In this document: positions 44,150-54,214 of the stretch, in pieces | Layout: every line of letters starts with the position of its first letter | Position numbering within the stretch: the stretch's first letter is position 1 | Made by a program: the position numbers and the translations under genes | Notes under the pieces: model-generated | What the model was told of the DNA's origin: nothing | Database searches by the model: none | The model's input: only the letters and a program-made list of their open reading frames with translations | Source of the DNA: Dehalococcoidia bacterium | GTDB lineage: Bacteria > Chloroflexota > Dehalococcoidia > DSTF01 > RBG-16-68-14 | Direction of reading: 5' to 3' | Assembly: GCA_040882355.1 (NCBI GenBank) | Contig: JBBEBM010000057.1 | Location: 6,823-70,822 of the forward strand | DNA: 64,000 bases

Positions 44150-45199
44150 ATGACGACTGAACAGGTTCGTTTGACCAGCCTGGCGAACTGCGCCGGCTGC
44201 GCCGGGAAGGCGGGCATCGCCACGCTGGCGCAGGTGTTGCGACCGTTGCAGGAGACCTTCCGCGCCGACGACTTCCCCAACCTCCTCGCCGGCATCGACG
44301 GGCCGGACGACGCCGCCGTCTACCGCCTGGACGACGACACCGCCATCGTCCAGACCGTCGACTTCTTCCCGCCCGTCGTCGATGACCCGTATACGTTCGG
44401 AGCGGTGGCGGCGGCGAACGCGATGAGCGACGTCTATGCGATGGGCGGCGACGTGCTCTTTGCGCTGCAGGTGGCCGGCTTTCCTGAGGACCAGCCGCCG
44501 GAGACGCTCGCCGAGATCTTTCGCGGGGGCGCCGCGAAGGTGGCCGAGGCGGGCGGCGTCATCGCCGGAGGGCACACGCTGATCGATGCGGAGCCGAAGT
44601 ACGGCCTGTGCGTGACCGGCCTCGTCCGGCCCGACGCCATCCTGCGGAAAGGCGGCGCCCGCCCGGGCGACGTGCTGCTGCTGACGAAACCGCTCGGCAC
44701 GGGCATCGTGCTGACGGCGGCGCGCGCGGACGAGTGCGCGCCGGAGCACCTGCAGGCCGCCATCGACAGCATGCTGCGCCTCAACCGCCACGCCTCGCAT
44801 CTGGCGCGCGACGCGGGCGTCCTCGGCTGCACGGACGTGACAGGCTTCAGCCTGCTCGGCCACGCCGAAGAGATGGCGCGCGCCGCCGGGCTGCAGATCG
44901 TGATCGATGCCTCATCTCTGCCCACCCTGCCGGGCGCGCTCGACTACGCGCGGCAGGGCCACGTCACGGGCGGCGCGAACCGCAACCGACAGGGGTTGGA
45001 GGGCAAGGTCTCGCTGCCTAGCGGCCTGGCGGAAGATGTCGAGCACCTACTCTTCGATCCGCAGACGTCGGGCGGGCTGCTCATCGCCATCCCAGCGGAG
45101 CGCGCCGACGGCCTCGCCCGCGCCCTCGAGGCGGACGGCCTCCTGGGCGCGCGCGTCGGGCGCGTCGAGGCAGGCGCGGCCGTGGTAGTGGAGGGATGA
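44150..45199 (+). CDS. selD: Selenide, water dikinase (Cys-type)
   Basis: N-terminal LTSLANCAGCAGK motif, DDAAVY, FFPPVVDDPY.FGAVAAANAMSDVYAMGG, and a PurM-like fold pattern. Confidence 0.9.
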   Translation: MTTEQVRLTSLANCAGCAGKAGIATLAQVLRPLQETFRADDFPNLLAGIDGPDDAAVYRLDDDTAIVQTVDFFPPVVDDPYTFGAVAAANAMSDVYAMGGDVLFALQVAGFPEDQPPETLAEIFRGGAAKVAEAGGVIAGGHTLIDAEPKYGLCVTGLVRPDAILRKGGARPGDVLLLTKPLGTGIVLTAARADECAPEHLQAAIDSMLRLNRHASHLARDAGVLGCTDVTGFSLLGHAEEMARAAGLQIVIDASSLPTLPGALDYARQGHVTGGANRNRQGLEGKVSLPSGLAEDVEHLLFDPQTSGGLLIAIPAERADGLARALEADGLLGARVGRVEAGAAVVVEG

Positions 45200-45702
45200 G
45201 CGACCTCTCGATTAGGCCGTACGAGCCGCGCGACCTCGAAGCGTGTCGCGGGCTGTGGCGAGAGCTGACGCAGCGCCATCGCGACATCTACGAGGACCAG
45301 ACGATCGGCGGCGACGATCCGGGCCCTTACTTCGATACCTACATCGAACGCTCCGACCTCGCCGGCGCATGGGTCGTGGAGGTCGAGGGAGCGGTCGCCG
45401 GCCTGACCGGGCTGCTGGTGAACGACGACGAGGCCGAGGTCGAGCCGGTCGTCGTCACGGCCGCGTTGCGCTCGCGGGGCATTGGGCGGCGTCTGCTCGA
45501 GCGGATGATCGAGGAGGCGCGGTCGCGGTCGATCCGCTTCCTCAGCATCCGGCCTGTCGCCCGCAACGTGGAGGCGATCGCGCTCTTCCACGAGGCGGGC
45601 TTCCGAACGCTGGGCCACCTCGACATGTTCATGCACCTGGGCAACGACGAGCGCGAGTTCAAGCAAGGCGTCACCGTACACGGGCGGGACTTCAGCTACT
45701 GA
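45196..45702 (+). CDS. GNAT family N-acetyltransferase
   Basis: Acetyl-CoA motif VVVTAALRSRGIGRRLL. The ATG overlaps the selD stop (ATGA). Confidence 0.85.
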   Translation: MSDLSIRPYEPRDLEACRGLWRELTQRHRDIYEDQTIGGDDPGPYFDTYIERSDLAGAWVVEVEGAVAGLTGLLVNDDEAEVEPVVVTAALRSRGIGRRLLERMIEEARSRSIRFLSIRPVARNVEAIALFHEAGFRTLGHLDMFMHLGNDEREFKQGVTVHGRDFSY

Positions 45703-46463
45703 TGGCGGGGCCGAAGCTCTACGGCAAGCTCGCGCCGTGGTTCCACCTGCTCACCGCGCCCGAGGACTACGACGAGGAGGCGGCGCTCTACAGCCGGGCG
45801 CTCATCGACGCATGCGACGAGCCGCCGAAGACGGTGCTGGAGCTGGGGAGCGGCGGCGGCAACAACGCTTCGCACATGAAGACGCGCTTCGAGCTGACGC
45901 TCGTCGACCTTTCGCCGCGGATGCTGGCGCTGAGCCGCACGCTCAACCCGGAGTGCGAGCACCGCCGGGGCGACATGCGCACGGTGCGCCTGGGGCGCCA
46001 GTTCGACGCGGTGTTCGTTCACGACGCCGTCGCCTACATCACGACCGAGGACGACCTGCGCGCGACGATGGAGACGGCCTTCGTCCACTGCCGGACGGGC
46101 GGCGCAGCGCTGTTCGTGCCGGACTGCGTGCGCGAAACATTCCGGCCGGCGACGGAGCACGGCGGCCACGACAGCGCGCCCTCCCCCGGACGGGTGCCCG
46201 TCCGGGGGAGGGCGTTGCGCTACGTCTCGTGGGTGCACGACCCGGACCCGGACGACACGACCTACACCGTCGACTTCGCCTACCTGCTGCGCGATGCCGA
46301 CGGCTCGGTGCGCGTCGAGCGCGACCGGCACGTCTGCGGCGTCTTCCCGCGCGCCACCTGGCGCCGCCTCCTGCGCGACGCCGGCTTCACGGCGAAGCGC
46401 CTCGCATTGCCGCACAGCGAGGTGGGCACAATCGACGTGCTCGTGGGGAAGAAGAAAGCGTGA
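45702..46463 (+). CDS. Class I SAM-dependent methyltransferase (TylM1-like fold pattern)
   Basis: The ATG at 45702 overlaps the GNAT stop. VLELGSGGGNNASHM motif I, GDMRTVRLGRQFDAVFV. Confidence 0.8.
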   Translation: MAGPKLYGKLAPWFHLLTAPEDYDEEAALYSRALIDACDEPPKTVLELGSGGGNNASHMKTRFELTLVDLSPRMLALSRTLNPECEHRRGDMRTVRLGRQFDAVFVHDAVAYITTEDDLRATMETAFVHCRTGGAALFVPDCVRETFRPATEHGGHDSAPSPGRVPVRGRALRYVSWVHDPDPDDTTYTVDFAYLLRDADGSVRVERDRHVCGVFPRATWRRLLRDAGFTAKRLALPHSEVGTIDVLVGKKKA

Positions 46464-46564
46464 AAATAGTCGGCCAAGGTCGTGACATCCCCCCCCCCTA
46501 GTCGGTGCTATAATATCCACACCGGACCGGCTAGGCGGACTGGCTGGACGGCTAGCAGGAGCGG

Positions 46565-47317
46565 TTGGCGATGCTATCGGGTGCATTGGCAGGATTACTC
46601 AAGGTCGGCGCGGTCGCGCTGACCGCAGGCGGGCTTGCCACCGGCATCTACCTCGCTGTGCAGGTCGGTGAAGAAGAGGACGCGAACCGAGCCCAGACCG
46701 TCGAGACGCCCTCGACGATCTCCACCGCGCTCTCGCCGCCGAACCAGGTCGTCAGGCCGACGATCACCCCTACGTACGTCCTCGCGCCGAGCCCAACGCC
46801 GCCCACCGGCGTCGACACGTCAGACTGGAAGACGTACGAGAGCCCGCTGGGGTTCACGCTGAAGTATCCGCCGGGTTGGGCGATCAAGGACTACCAGTCA
46901 GAGGGACTGGCGCCCGGAACCGTGAAGATCCTGAACGAGGCCGCGACCCGCGGCTTTGCCGCCCGGTTGGGTGCCGGAGAGTTGGAAGGAGCGGAGAGCG
47001 GAGAGGCGTGGCTAGACATCTCACCTGACGCCTTCCCTACATTCGATGCCGCCGGAATCATCCACGCCTGCGCCCCTGAGCGTGTCTTGGAGGACCCGCG
47101 GGAGGTTTCACTAGGGGGCCAGCCCGCCGTCCACTGTGTGCAAGAGGGCGCCTCGCCATTCGCGCCAGAGACGACGCTCCGCACGGATACTTACTGGGTT
47201 CGTCTGCCTTCCGGCAGGGTTGCGGGCATCAGTGCCTACACAGTTGATGGCGACGCAGCAACGATTCAGATCGTGGGTGCTGCGGCGGCGACGTTCTGGG
47301 TGCAGGCGAAACCGTGA
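46565..47317 (+). CDS. Membrane-anchored extracytoplasmic protein (paralogue of 8445..9191)
   Basis: See 8445..9191. Preceded by the extended -10 TGCTATAAT at 46506-46514. Confidence 0.8.
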   Translation: MAMLSGALAGLLKVGAVALTAGGLATGIYLAVQVGEEEDANRAQTVETPSTISTALSPPNQVVRPTITPTYVLAPSPTPPTGVDTSDWKTYESPLGFTLKYPPGWAIKDYQSEGLAPGTVKILNEAATRGFAARLGAGELEGAESGEAWLDISPDAFPTFDAAGIIHACAPERVLEDPREVSLGGQPAVHCVQEGASPFAPETTLRTDTYWVRLPSGRVAGISAYTVDGDAATIQIVGAAAATFWVQAKP

Positions 47318-48342
47318 GGATGGGGAAGCTTCGGCTTGCCGCCTTCGTTTGCGCGGTGCTAGCCACGACGCTACTCGGTCTTGGCGCCGCCAGAGCCGAC
47401 CAGGGTGATGGTGCTGTTCATTACAATCGGATACCCTGGCTCGACGGCAACGCACATTCCATCACTCAGGGCTGGGGAGCATGCAGCCCCAGCCATTGCT
47501 CCACCAATCCTGTGGACCGATATGCCGTGGACTGGGGCGGGTCTTTCGCGATCCACGCGGTCGCAGAGGGCGAAGCGACCTGCGCCTTTGACAACGGTTG
47601 GGGCAATCGCGTGCTCATCGACCGCTCCGATGACAGCCTTACGGACCGTTATGCACACCTTCCGAGTTGCCCCTTCACTGGAACGTACCATTACGAGCAG
47701 GGCGATTTCATGAGCAACACTGGATGCACCGGCTCGTGCACCGGAACGCATCTGCACTATCAGAGAGAGAGTGGGAGCCCCAGCAATCCCCAGAGTCAGA
47801 GCTTCGGACTGTCAGGCCTAACCAATTTCTGCGACCACACTATCTCGGGCTTCTGCACCGGGTCATACGATGGTGTCAGCTTCACGTCTGACAACGCTGG
47901 GCCTGGACAGGGCGCGGGCAGCGTGCCTATAGGCGCGAACATGGCGCTCACGTACCGCACCAAGGGTCATCAGTGGCCTTGCAGCAACAACCGCGCCTGG
48001 GACTGCATCGGCTCCAGCAACGCCTACTACGGGGGCACGGAGAAAGCCTGGTACAGCACCCAGGCCGGAGGCAGCGCCTGGCACCAGCAGTTCCAGAACT
48101 CCGGGAACCTGCAGAGCAACCTCTCGTCACCCAACGCCTGCGGCGGGACGGCGTACCTGGTGCCCCACGCCAACTTCATGGACTGGCTGGGCCTCGCATC
48201 GCAGTTGGGTCATCCGCGCTCGGCGTACATGCCGTTCGGAGCCAACGATTGGATCCAGTACTTCGCGAACGGGCGCATGATTGCTGACACGTTCGGCGGA
48301 GATCCTATCGTGATCTACCCGAACCCGAACCCCTGCTACTGA
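47314..48342 (+). CDS. Secreted M23-like peptidase domain protein with C-terminal LGFP-like region
   Basis: Signal peptide. GWGNRVLIDRSD...RYAHL...GCTGSCTGTHLHYQ (M23 HxH region). The first HxxxD motif appears degenerate (RYAVDW). GTGA overlap with the upstream gene. Confidence 0.6.
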   Translation: MRMGKLRLAAFVCAVLATTLLGLGAARADQGDGAVHYNRIPWLDGNAHSITQGWGACSPSHCSTNPVDRYAVDWGGSFAIHAVAEGEATCAFDNGWGNRVLIDRSDDSLTDRYAHLPSCPFTGTYHYEQGDFMSNTGCTGSCTGTHLHYQRESGSPSNPQSQSFGLSGLTNFCDHTISGFCTGSYDGVSFTSDNAGPGQGAGSVPIGANMALTYRTKGHQWPCSNNRAWDCIGSSNAYYGGTEKAWYSTQAGGSAWHQQFQNSGNLQSNLSSPNACGGTAYLVPHANFMDWLGLASQLGHPRSAYMPFGANDWIQYFANGRMIADTFGGDPIVIYPNPNPCY

Positions 48343-48354
48343 TCCGGGGCGGGG

Positions 48355-49203
48355 CTACCCCTGACGCTTCAGCTTGCCGGTGCGCTTGGCGTAGCCTTCG
48401 GCCCAGACGAAGACGGCCAGGCTCGCCGGCACTAAGACGACCGCGAAGATGACGAGGGCGCCCAGGATGCCGGCGACGTCGCTCAGCGAATCGCCGTCGA
48501 TGAGGGCGCCGCGGATACCGTCGAGGATGTACGTCGCCGGCGAGAGGAAGGAGAACGCCTGCAGCCACGCCGGCAGCACGTCGACCTCGTAGTAGACGCC
48601 GGAGACGAGCAGCAGCGACGCCTGCACCATCAGCGTCATCTGCGAGCCGCGCTCCGGGTACAGCAGCGGCAGCACGCCAGCGAGCACCGCCAGCCCCGCG
48701 ACGCTCACACTGCCCACCAGCAGCACCGACGTGGCGCTGAGCCAGTCGGCGTTCGAGAAGTCGACGTCGAAGAAGAGCAGCGCGATGCCGAAGATGAGCA
48801 GCGTGCGCACCATGCCGTGGAGCACGGCGAAGACGCACATGCCCAGCAGGTGCAACGACCGCGGCACGGGCGCCATCAGCGTGTGCTCGATCGTGCCCTC
48901 CCAGCGCTCCCATCCAATCACCAGGCCGATGTCGTCCAGCACGGCCGAGAGGTACGCCCACACCAGTGTGCCGATGAGCAGGAACAGCACGAGCTTCTGC
49001 GCCACCTCCGCTTCGGCGCTGCCCTGCCGGCTGAGCTGCTCGGCGATGAGCGTTACGGCGAGTGTGTTGACGACGCCGTAGACCAGCCAGACCAGCTCCC
49101 ACGCCCAATAGCGCTTCCAGAGGTTCGTCTGACGCTCCACGAACGCCATCGGGATCGACCAGCCGGGGCTCCCGGCAACGACTCGTTCAGTCATGCTAGC
49201 CAT
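48355..49203 (-). CDS. ABC-2 type transporter permease
   Basis: 282 aa with 6 TM segments. Overlaps the ATPase gene by 8 nt. Confidence 0.88.
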   Translation of the reverse strand: MASMTERVVAGSPGWSIPMAFVERQTNLWKRYWAWELVWLVYGVVNTLAVTLIAEQLSRQGSAEAEVAQKLVLFLLIGTLVWAYLSAVLDDIGLVIGWERWEGTIEHTLMAPVPRSLHLLGMCVFAVLHGMVRTLLIFGIALLFFDVDFSNADWLSATSVLLVGSVSVAGLAVLAGVLPLLYPERGSQMTLMVQASLLLVSGVYYEVDVLPAWLQAFSFLSPATYILDGIRGALIDGDSLSDVAGILGALVIFAVVLVPASLAVFVWAEGYAKRTGKLKRQG

Positions 49204-50038
49204 GGACCATCACCTCCTCGTCTTCTTCGATGCGGCGCCCGGTCAGCTCCAGGAACACCGTCTCCAGCGATACGTCTTCGATGGGCCGCCCGTTCGCGAC
49301 GCGCTCCCGCAGGTCCAGCGACGTCCCCTCAGCGACCAGCCGCCCGCCCGCCAGGAAGCCGATCCGCCCGCAGAGGCGGTCCGCCTCGTCCATGTCGTGG
49401 GTCGTCAGCAGGATCGTCGCGTCGTGCTCGTCGCGGACGCGTTCGACGAACTGCTGCACCTCGCGCTTGCTCGACGGGTCGAGGCCCGTCGTCGGCTCGT
49501 CGAGCAGCATGAGCACGGGCGACGTGAGGAACGCCCGCGCGACGGCGACCTTCTGCTGCTGGCCGCGCGAGAGGTGGATCATCGGCTCGTAGAGCCTGTC
49601 GCCCAGGTCGAGCCGGTCCAGGATCTCCCGGGCGTGACGCTTGATCTGCGCGCGGGGCACGCCGTAGATGCCGGCGAAGAAGATCAGGTTCTCCATGGCC
49701 GACATGTTTCGAAAGAACGACGGGTCGGGCGAGACGCGGTTCATCAGGCGCCGCACGGGCAGCTCGTCCCTGCGCGTGTCGAGGCCAAAGACGCGCACCG
49801 AGCCGGCGTCGGGCGTGAGCAGCGTGCTGATCATACGCACCAGCGTCGACTTGCCGGAGCCGTTCGCGCCGATGAGGCCGTAGATCTCGTTCCGCTCGAT
49901 GCGAAAGGAGACGTCTCGCACGGCCGGCACCGGCTCCTTGGCCTGACGCCAGAGCAGCTGCGTGTGCCCGCCGAACGACTTGCTGAGGTGCACGACCTCC
50001 AGCGGTATGGAATTCGTTTCGAGTTCGTTCGCTTTCAT
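49196..50038 (-). CDS. ABC transporter ATP-binding protein
   Basis: Walker A GANGSGKST, signature LSRGQQQKV, Walker B LMLLDEPTTGLD. Confidence 0.93.
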   Translation of the reverse strand: MKANELETNSIPLEVVHLSKSFGGHTQLLWRQAKEPVPAVRDVSFRIERNEIYGLIGANGSGKSTLVRMISTLLTPDAGSVRVFGLDTRRDELPVRRLMNRVSPDPSFFRNMSAMENLIFFAGIYGVPRAQIKRHAREILDRLDLGDRLYEPMIHLSRGQQQKVAVARAFLTSPVLMLLDEPTTGLDPSSKREVQQFVERVRDEHDATILLTTHDMDEADRLCGRIGFLAGGRLVAEGTSLDLRERVANGRPIEDVSLETVFLELTGRRIEEDEEVMVHG

Positions 50039-50122
50039 ACGATCACTCCTACCCTACTCCGGACCTGTGACGGCGAGATGTCAGTAGCGTCTGGGGGCGG
50101 GGCCCCGGCTCCGGACGCACGA

Positions 50123-50151
50123 AACCCACTATCGACTCACGATAGTGGGTT
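50123..50151 (-). other. Perfect 12-bp stem hairpin in the leader of the ABC exporter operon
   Basis: AACCCACTATCG-n5-CGATAGTGGGTT. On the minus strand it is followed only by UUU, so it is a weak terminator at best. Confidence 0.5.
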
Positions 50152-50180
50152 GGGATGACTGGCAGCCGAGGCTTGCTAAC

Positions 50181-50309
50181 TCAGTGGCGTGTACCTTCGC
50201 TCTCAAGAGCGCCCGTCTGGGCGTTGGGCACACTCATCCCACCCACTGCACGAACGTCACCCCCCGCGGGGCGGGCGCCGTCCGTGTTCATCGCGCTGCC
50301 GTTACTCAT
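50181..50309 (-). CDS. Candidate 42-aa leader/small ORF (MSNGSAMNTDGARPAGGDVRAVGGMSVPNAQTGALESEGTRH)
   Basis: The ATG lies 9 nt after a GGAGAG SD, immediately downstream of the predicted promoter. Third-position GC looks lower than in neighbouring genes. Below the ORF-track length cutoff. Confidence 0.25.
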   Translation of the reverse strand: MSNGSAMNTDGARPAGGDVRAVGGMSVPNAQTGALESEGTRH

Positions 50310-50334
50310 CAATCAATGCTCTCCAGGTGCGGCT

Positions 50335-50364
50335 ATCGTACAGGGTCGCGGCGGGAGATGTCAA
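50335..50364 (-). promoter_or_regulatory. Sigma-70-like promoter TTGACA-N18-TACGAT
   Basis: -35 at 50364-50359 and -10 at 50340-50335 on the minus strand. Points toward the small ORF and the ABC operon. Confidence 0.5.
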
Positions 50365-50517
50365 GGCGAGGTTGCCTTCGCTTCGTTCGAGGGCAGGCAT
50401 GGGTCGAGGGTCGGGGTCGAGGAGAGGAGCGAGGAACAGGGAACGCGGAACGAGGCCACCCCGCCCCGGAGCGCGGGTAGTGTAATTCGCGGCCGGCTCC
50501 CGTATGCTTGATTCGCC

Positions 50518-52182
50518 ATGCGGCGACGTGGACGGCCACCTCATCCCGACATCCTCACGCCCCGTGAGTGGGAGGTGCTCGACCTGCTGCGCGAGGGTCT
50601 CACGAACGAGCAGATCGCCGAGCGGCTTGGCATCAGCAAGGATGGCGCGAAGTACCACGTCGCGGAGATCCTCTCGAAGCTCGGCGTGAGCAGCCGTCAG
50701 GAGGCCGCCCAGTGGTCCGCCGCGGGCGAAAGGCCTCGACCCTGGTGGGCGGCGCTCCCCGTGCTGGGCCGGCTCTGGAAGCACACCCGAAGCGCCACCG
50801 GCTCACCCGCGCTGGGCCACGCCGCCCTCGCCTCGTCCGGCGTGATCCTCACGGCCACGCTGGCGGTGCTCGGCCTGATCGCGTTCCTGCTGCTGCGCAA
50901 CGGCGACGCCCCGACTCGATCTGTGGGCGACGCACTGCCGCTTAATGCGGCGATCGTTGCTACCTTGTCCGACCTCACCTCGCCGACGGTCTCCTGGTCG
51001 CCCCAGGGGGACGCGTTCGCGCTGCAACGGGAGGACGGGCTGTATCTCGCAGAAAGGCCAACGTTTGAGCTGACGCTCGTGACTCACGGCGGCTCGCGAG
51101 AAGCACTTGCGGGATCGTTTCCTCGCGTTGTGTGGTCTCCGGATGGAACGCGACTGGCGTTCGCGGCAGCTCCCATAAACACCAGTGCCAGCATGTTCAT
51201 CGCGGACACGATCTACGTCACCAAACGCGACGGGAGCGACTTGCGTGACGTGCTCGGTGTTCAGGCTCACGTCGCTGATGGAGAAGATTCGCGGCTTAAC
51301 CCAAATGCCTGGCTCGACAATAAAACGCTGGCATTCGACGCAGGCCGAGGAGATGGCTACTGGACACCGATGACAGTCGATGTCGAGAGCGGGCAGGTGC
51401 AGGAGGTAGTAAGGGAAGCGGCAGGCCAAACTCCGAGCGCCTGGGCTCGTATCTCCTGGTCGCCTAACGGTGAGCGGGTCGCACTGGATTCCAGCCCGTC
51501 GCCACCGCTTGAGAGCATCGTCCGCATCGTGAAGAGAGCTGGCGGAGAGTCCTGGGATCTAGCCGGCTATCTCGATGCCGGCTTGCCCTCCCCTGTCGAG
51601 GCGTGGCTGTCGGACAGTTCGGGAGTCCTCTATCACCCAGCGGAGGGGCAAGCCGTGCTCAACCTGGCGATTCCCGAAAGCCATCGCGTGGTGGAGCTGG
51701 CGAACGCCGCCGACCCGGCCGCGAGCACTCCGGGCTACACGGCGAGCTGGGTTTCGCCCGACGGCCGATTCGTAGCTACGGACGGGCTGGCTTTCGGAGG
51801 CTGCCCAACTCGTGGGGAGACGTCTGCGGCGCAGTGCGTTAGCTTCACGGACACAGCGAAGAGGAGGTTGGTCTCCAGCCTGGCCTTCCTGCCCGGCGAA
51901 GTCACCGTCGGCAGCGGGCCCTACGGTCTACTGGGTTGGGTAGGCAGCGATGCGGTCGCGTTCATCGGCATGTACGAAAAGACGCCTTACCGCGTGCTGT
52001 GGCTCGTTCGTAACCCGGAAGACCCGCGCGCGCTCGTTTGGCAGGAGGAAACCCCAGGCGAAGGTTGGATGGGCATGGACGCCTCGCCGAACGGGCGCTA
52101 CGCCGTCGTAACGATGCCCACGTCAGAGAATCTGTTTCCCGCCACGAACTTCTGGGAGGCGCGCGTCTACGAGATGCCCTAG
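50518..52182 (+). CDS. Membrane-tethered LuxR/GerE-type HTH protein with extracytoplasmic TolB-like (PD40) beta-propeller
   Basis: N-terminal LTPREWEVLDLLREGLTNEQIAERLGISKDGAKYHVAEILSKLGV. One TM helix (VILTATLAVLGLIAFLLL). Repeated WSPxG/SPDG motifs (WSPQGDAF, WSPDGTRLAF, WSPNGERVAL, VSPDGRFVAT, SPNGRYAVV). Confidence 0.75.
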   Translation: MRRRGRPPHPDILTPREWEVLDLLREGLTNEQIAERLGISKDGAKYHVAEILSKLGVSSRQEAAQWSAAGERPRPWWAALPVLGRLWKHTRSATGSPALGHAALASSGVILTATLAVLGLIAFLLLRNGDAPTRSVGDALPLNAAIVATLSDLTSPTVSWSPQGDAFALQREDGLYLAERPTFELTLVTHGGSREALAGSFPRVVWSPDGTRLAFAAAPINTSASMFIADTIYVTKRDGSDLRDVLGVQAHVADGEDSRLNPNAWLDNKTLAFDAGRGDGYWTPMTVDVESGQVQEVVREAAGQTPSAWARISWSPNGERVALDSSPSPPLESIVRIVKRAGGESWDLAGYLDAGLPSPVEAWLSDSSGVLYHPAEGQAVLNLAIPESHRVVELANAADPAASTPGYTASWVSPDGRFVATDGLAFGGCPTRGETSAAQCVSFTDTAKRRLVSSLAFLPGEVTVGSGPYGLLGWVGSDAVAFIGMYEKTPYRVLWLVRNPEDPRALVWQEETPGEGWMGMDASPNGRYAVVTMPTSENLFPATNFWEARVYEMP

Positions 52183-52619
52183 CCGCCGGGGCGGGGCGGG
52201 GTGGGGCGGCCGCGTCGGCCGCGCTTCTCCGCGACGCGCAGGCGCGCCATCGCTCGCCGCAGGGAGGCCTCGACCTGCACGAGGTCGACGAGCTCCTCGC
52301 GCTCTTGCAGGGCCTGCTCCGCCTTCTGGCGGGCCTCTTCGGCGCGGGCGATGTCGATCTCCTCGACGCGTTCGGCGGCGTCGGCGAGGATGACGACGCG
52401 GTCGTTGCGCACCTCGAAGAAGCCGCCGGTGATCGCCATCGCCTCCTCGTCACCGCCCTTGATGATGCGCATCTCGCCCGGTGCGAGCGTGGTGATGAAG
52501 GCAGCGTGCTCGGGTAGCACGGCGAACTCGCCGTCGCTGCCCGGCGCGACGATCTCGTCGACGCCCTCCTGGGAGTAGACGACCTTTTCGGCGGTGACGA
52601 TCTCGACGGTGAGGGGCAT
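52179..52619 (-). CDS. atpC: ATP synthase F1 epsilon subunit
   Basis: 146 aa with the typical N-terminal beta-sandwich and C-terminal helices. Last gene of the atp operon. Confidence 0.9.
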   Translation of the reverse strand: MPLTVEIVTAEKVVYSQEGVDEIVAPGSDGEFAVLPEHAAFITTLAPGEMRIIKGGDEEAMAITGGFFEVRNDRVVILADAAERVEEIDIARAEEARQKAEQALQEREELVDLVQVEASLRRAMARLRVAEKRGRRGRPTPPRPGG

Positions 52620-52621
52620 GG

Positions 52622-54214
<1,593 letters not shown>

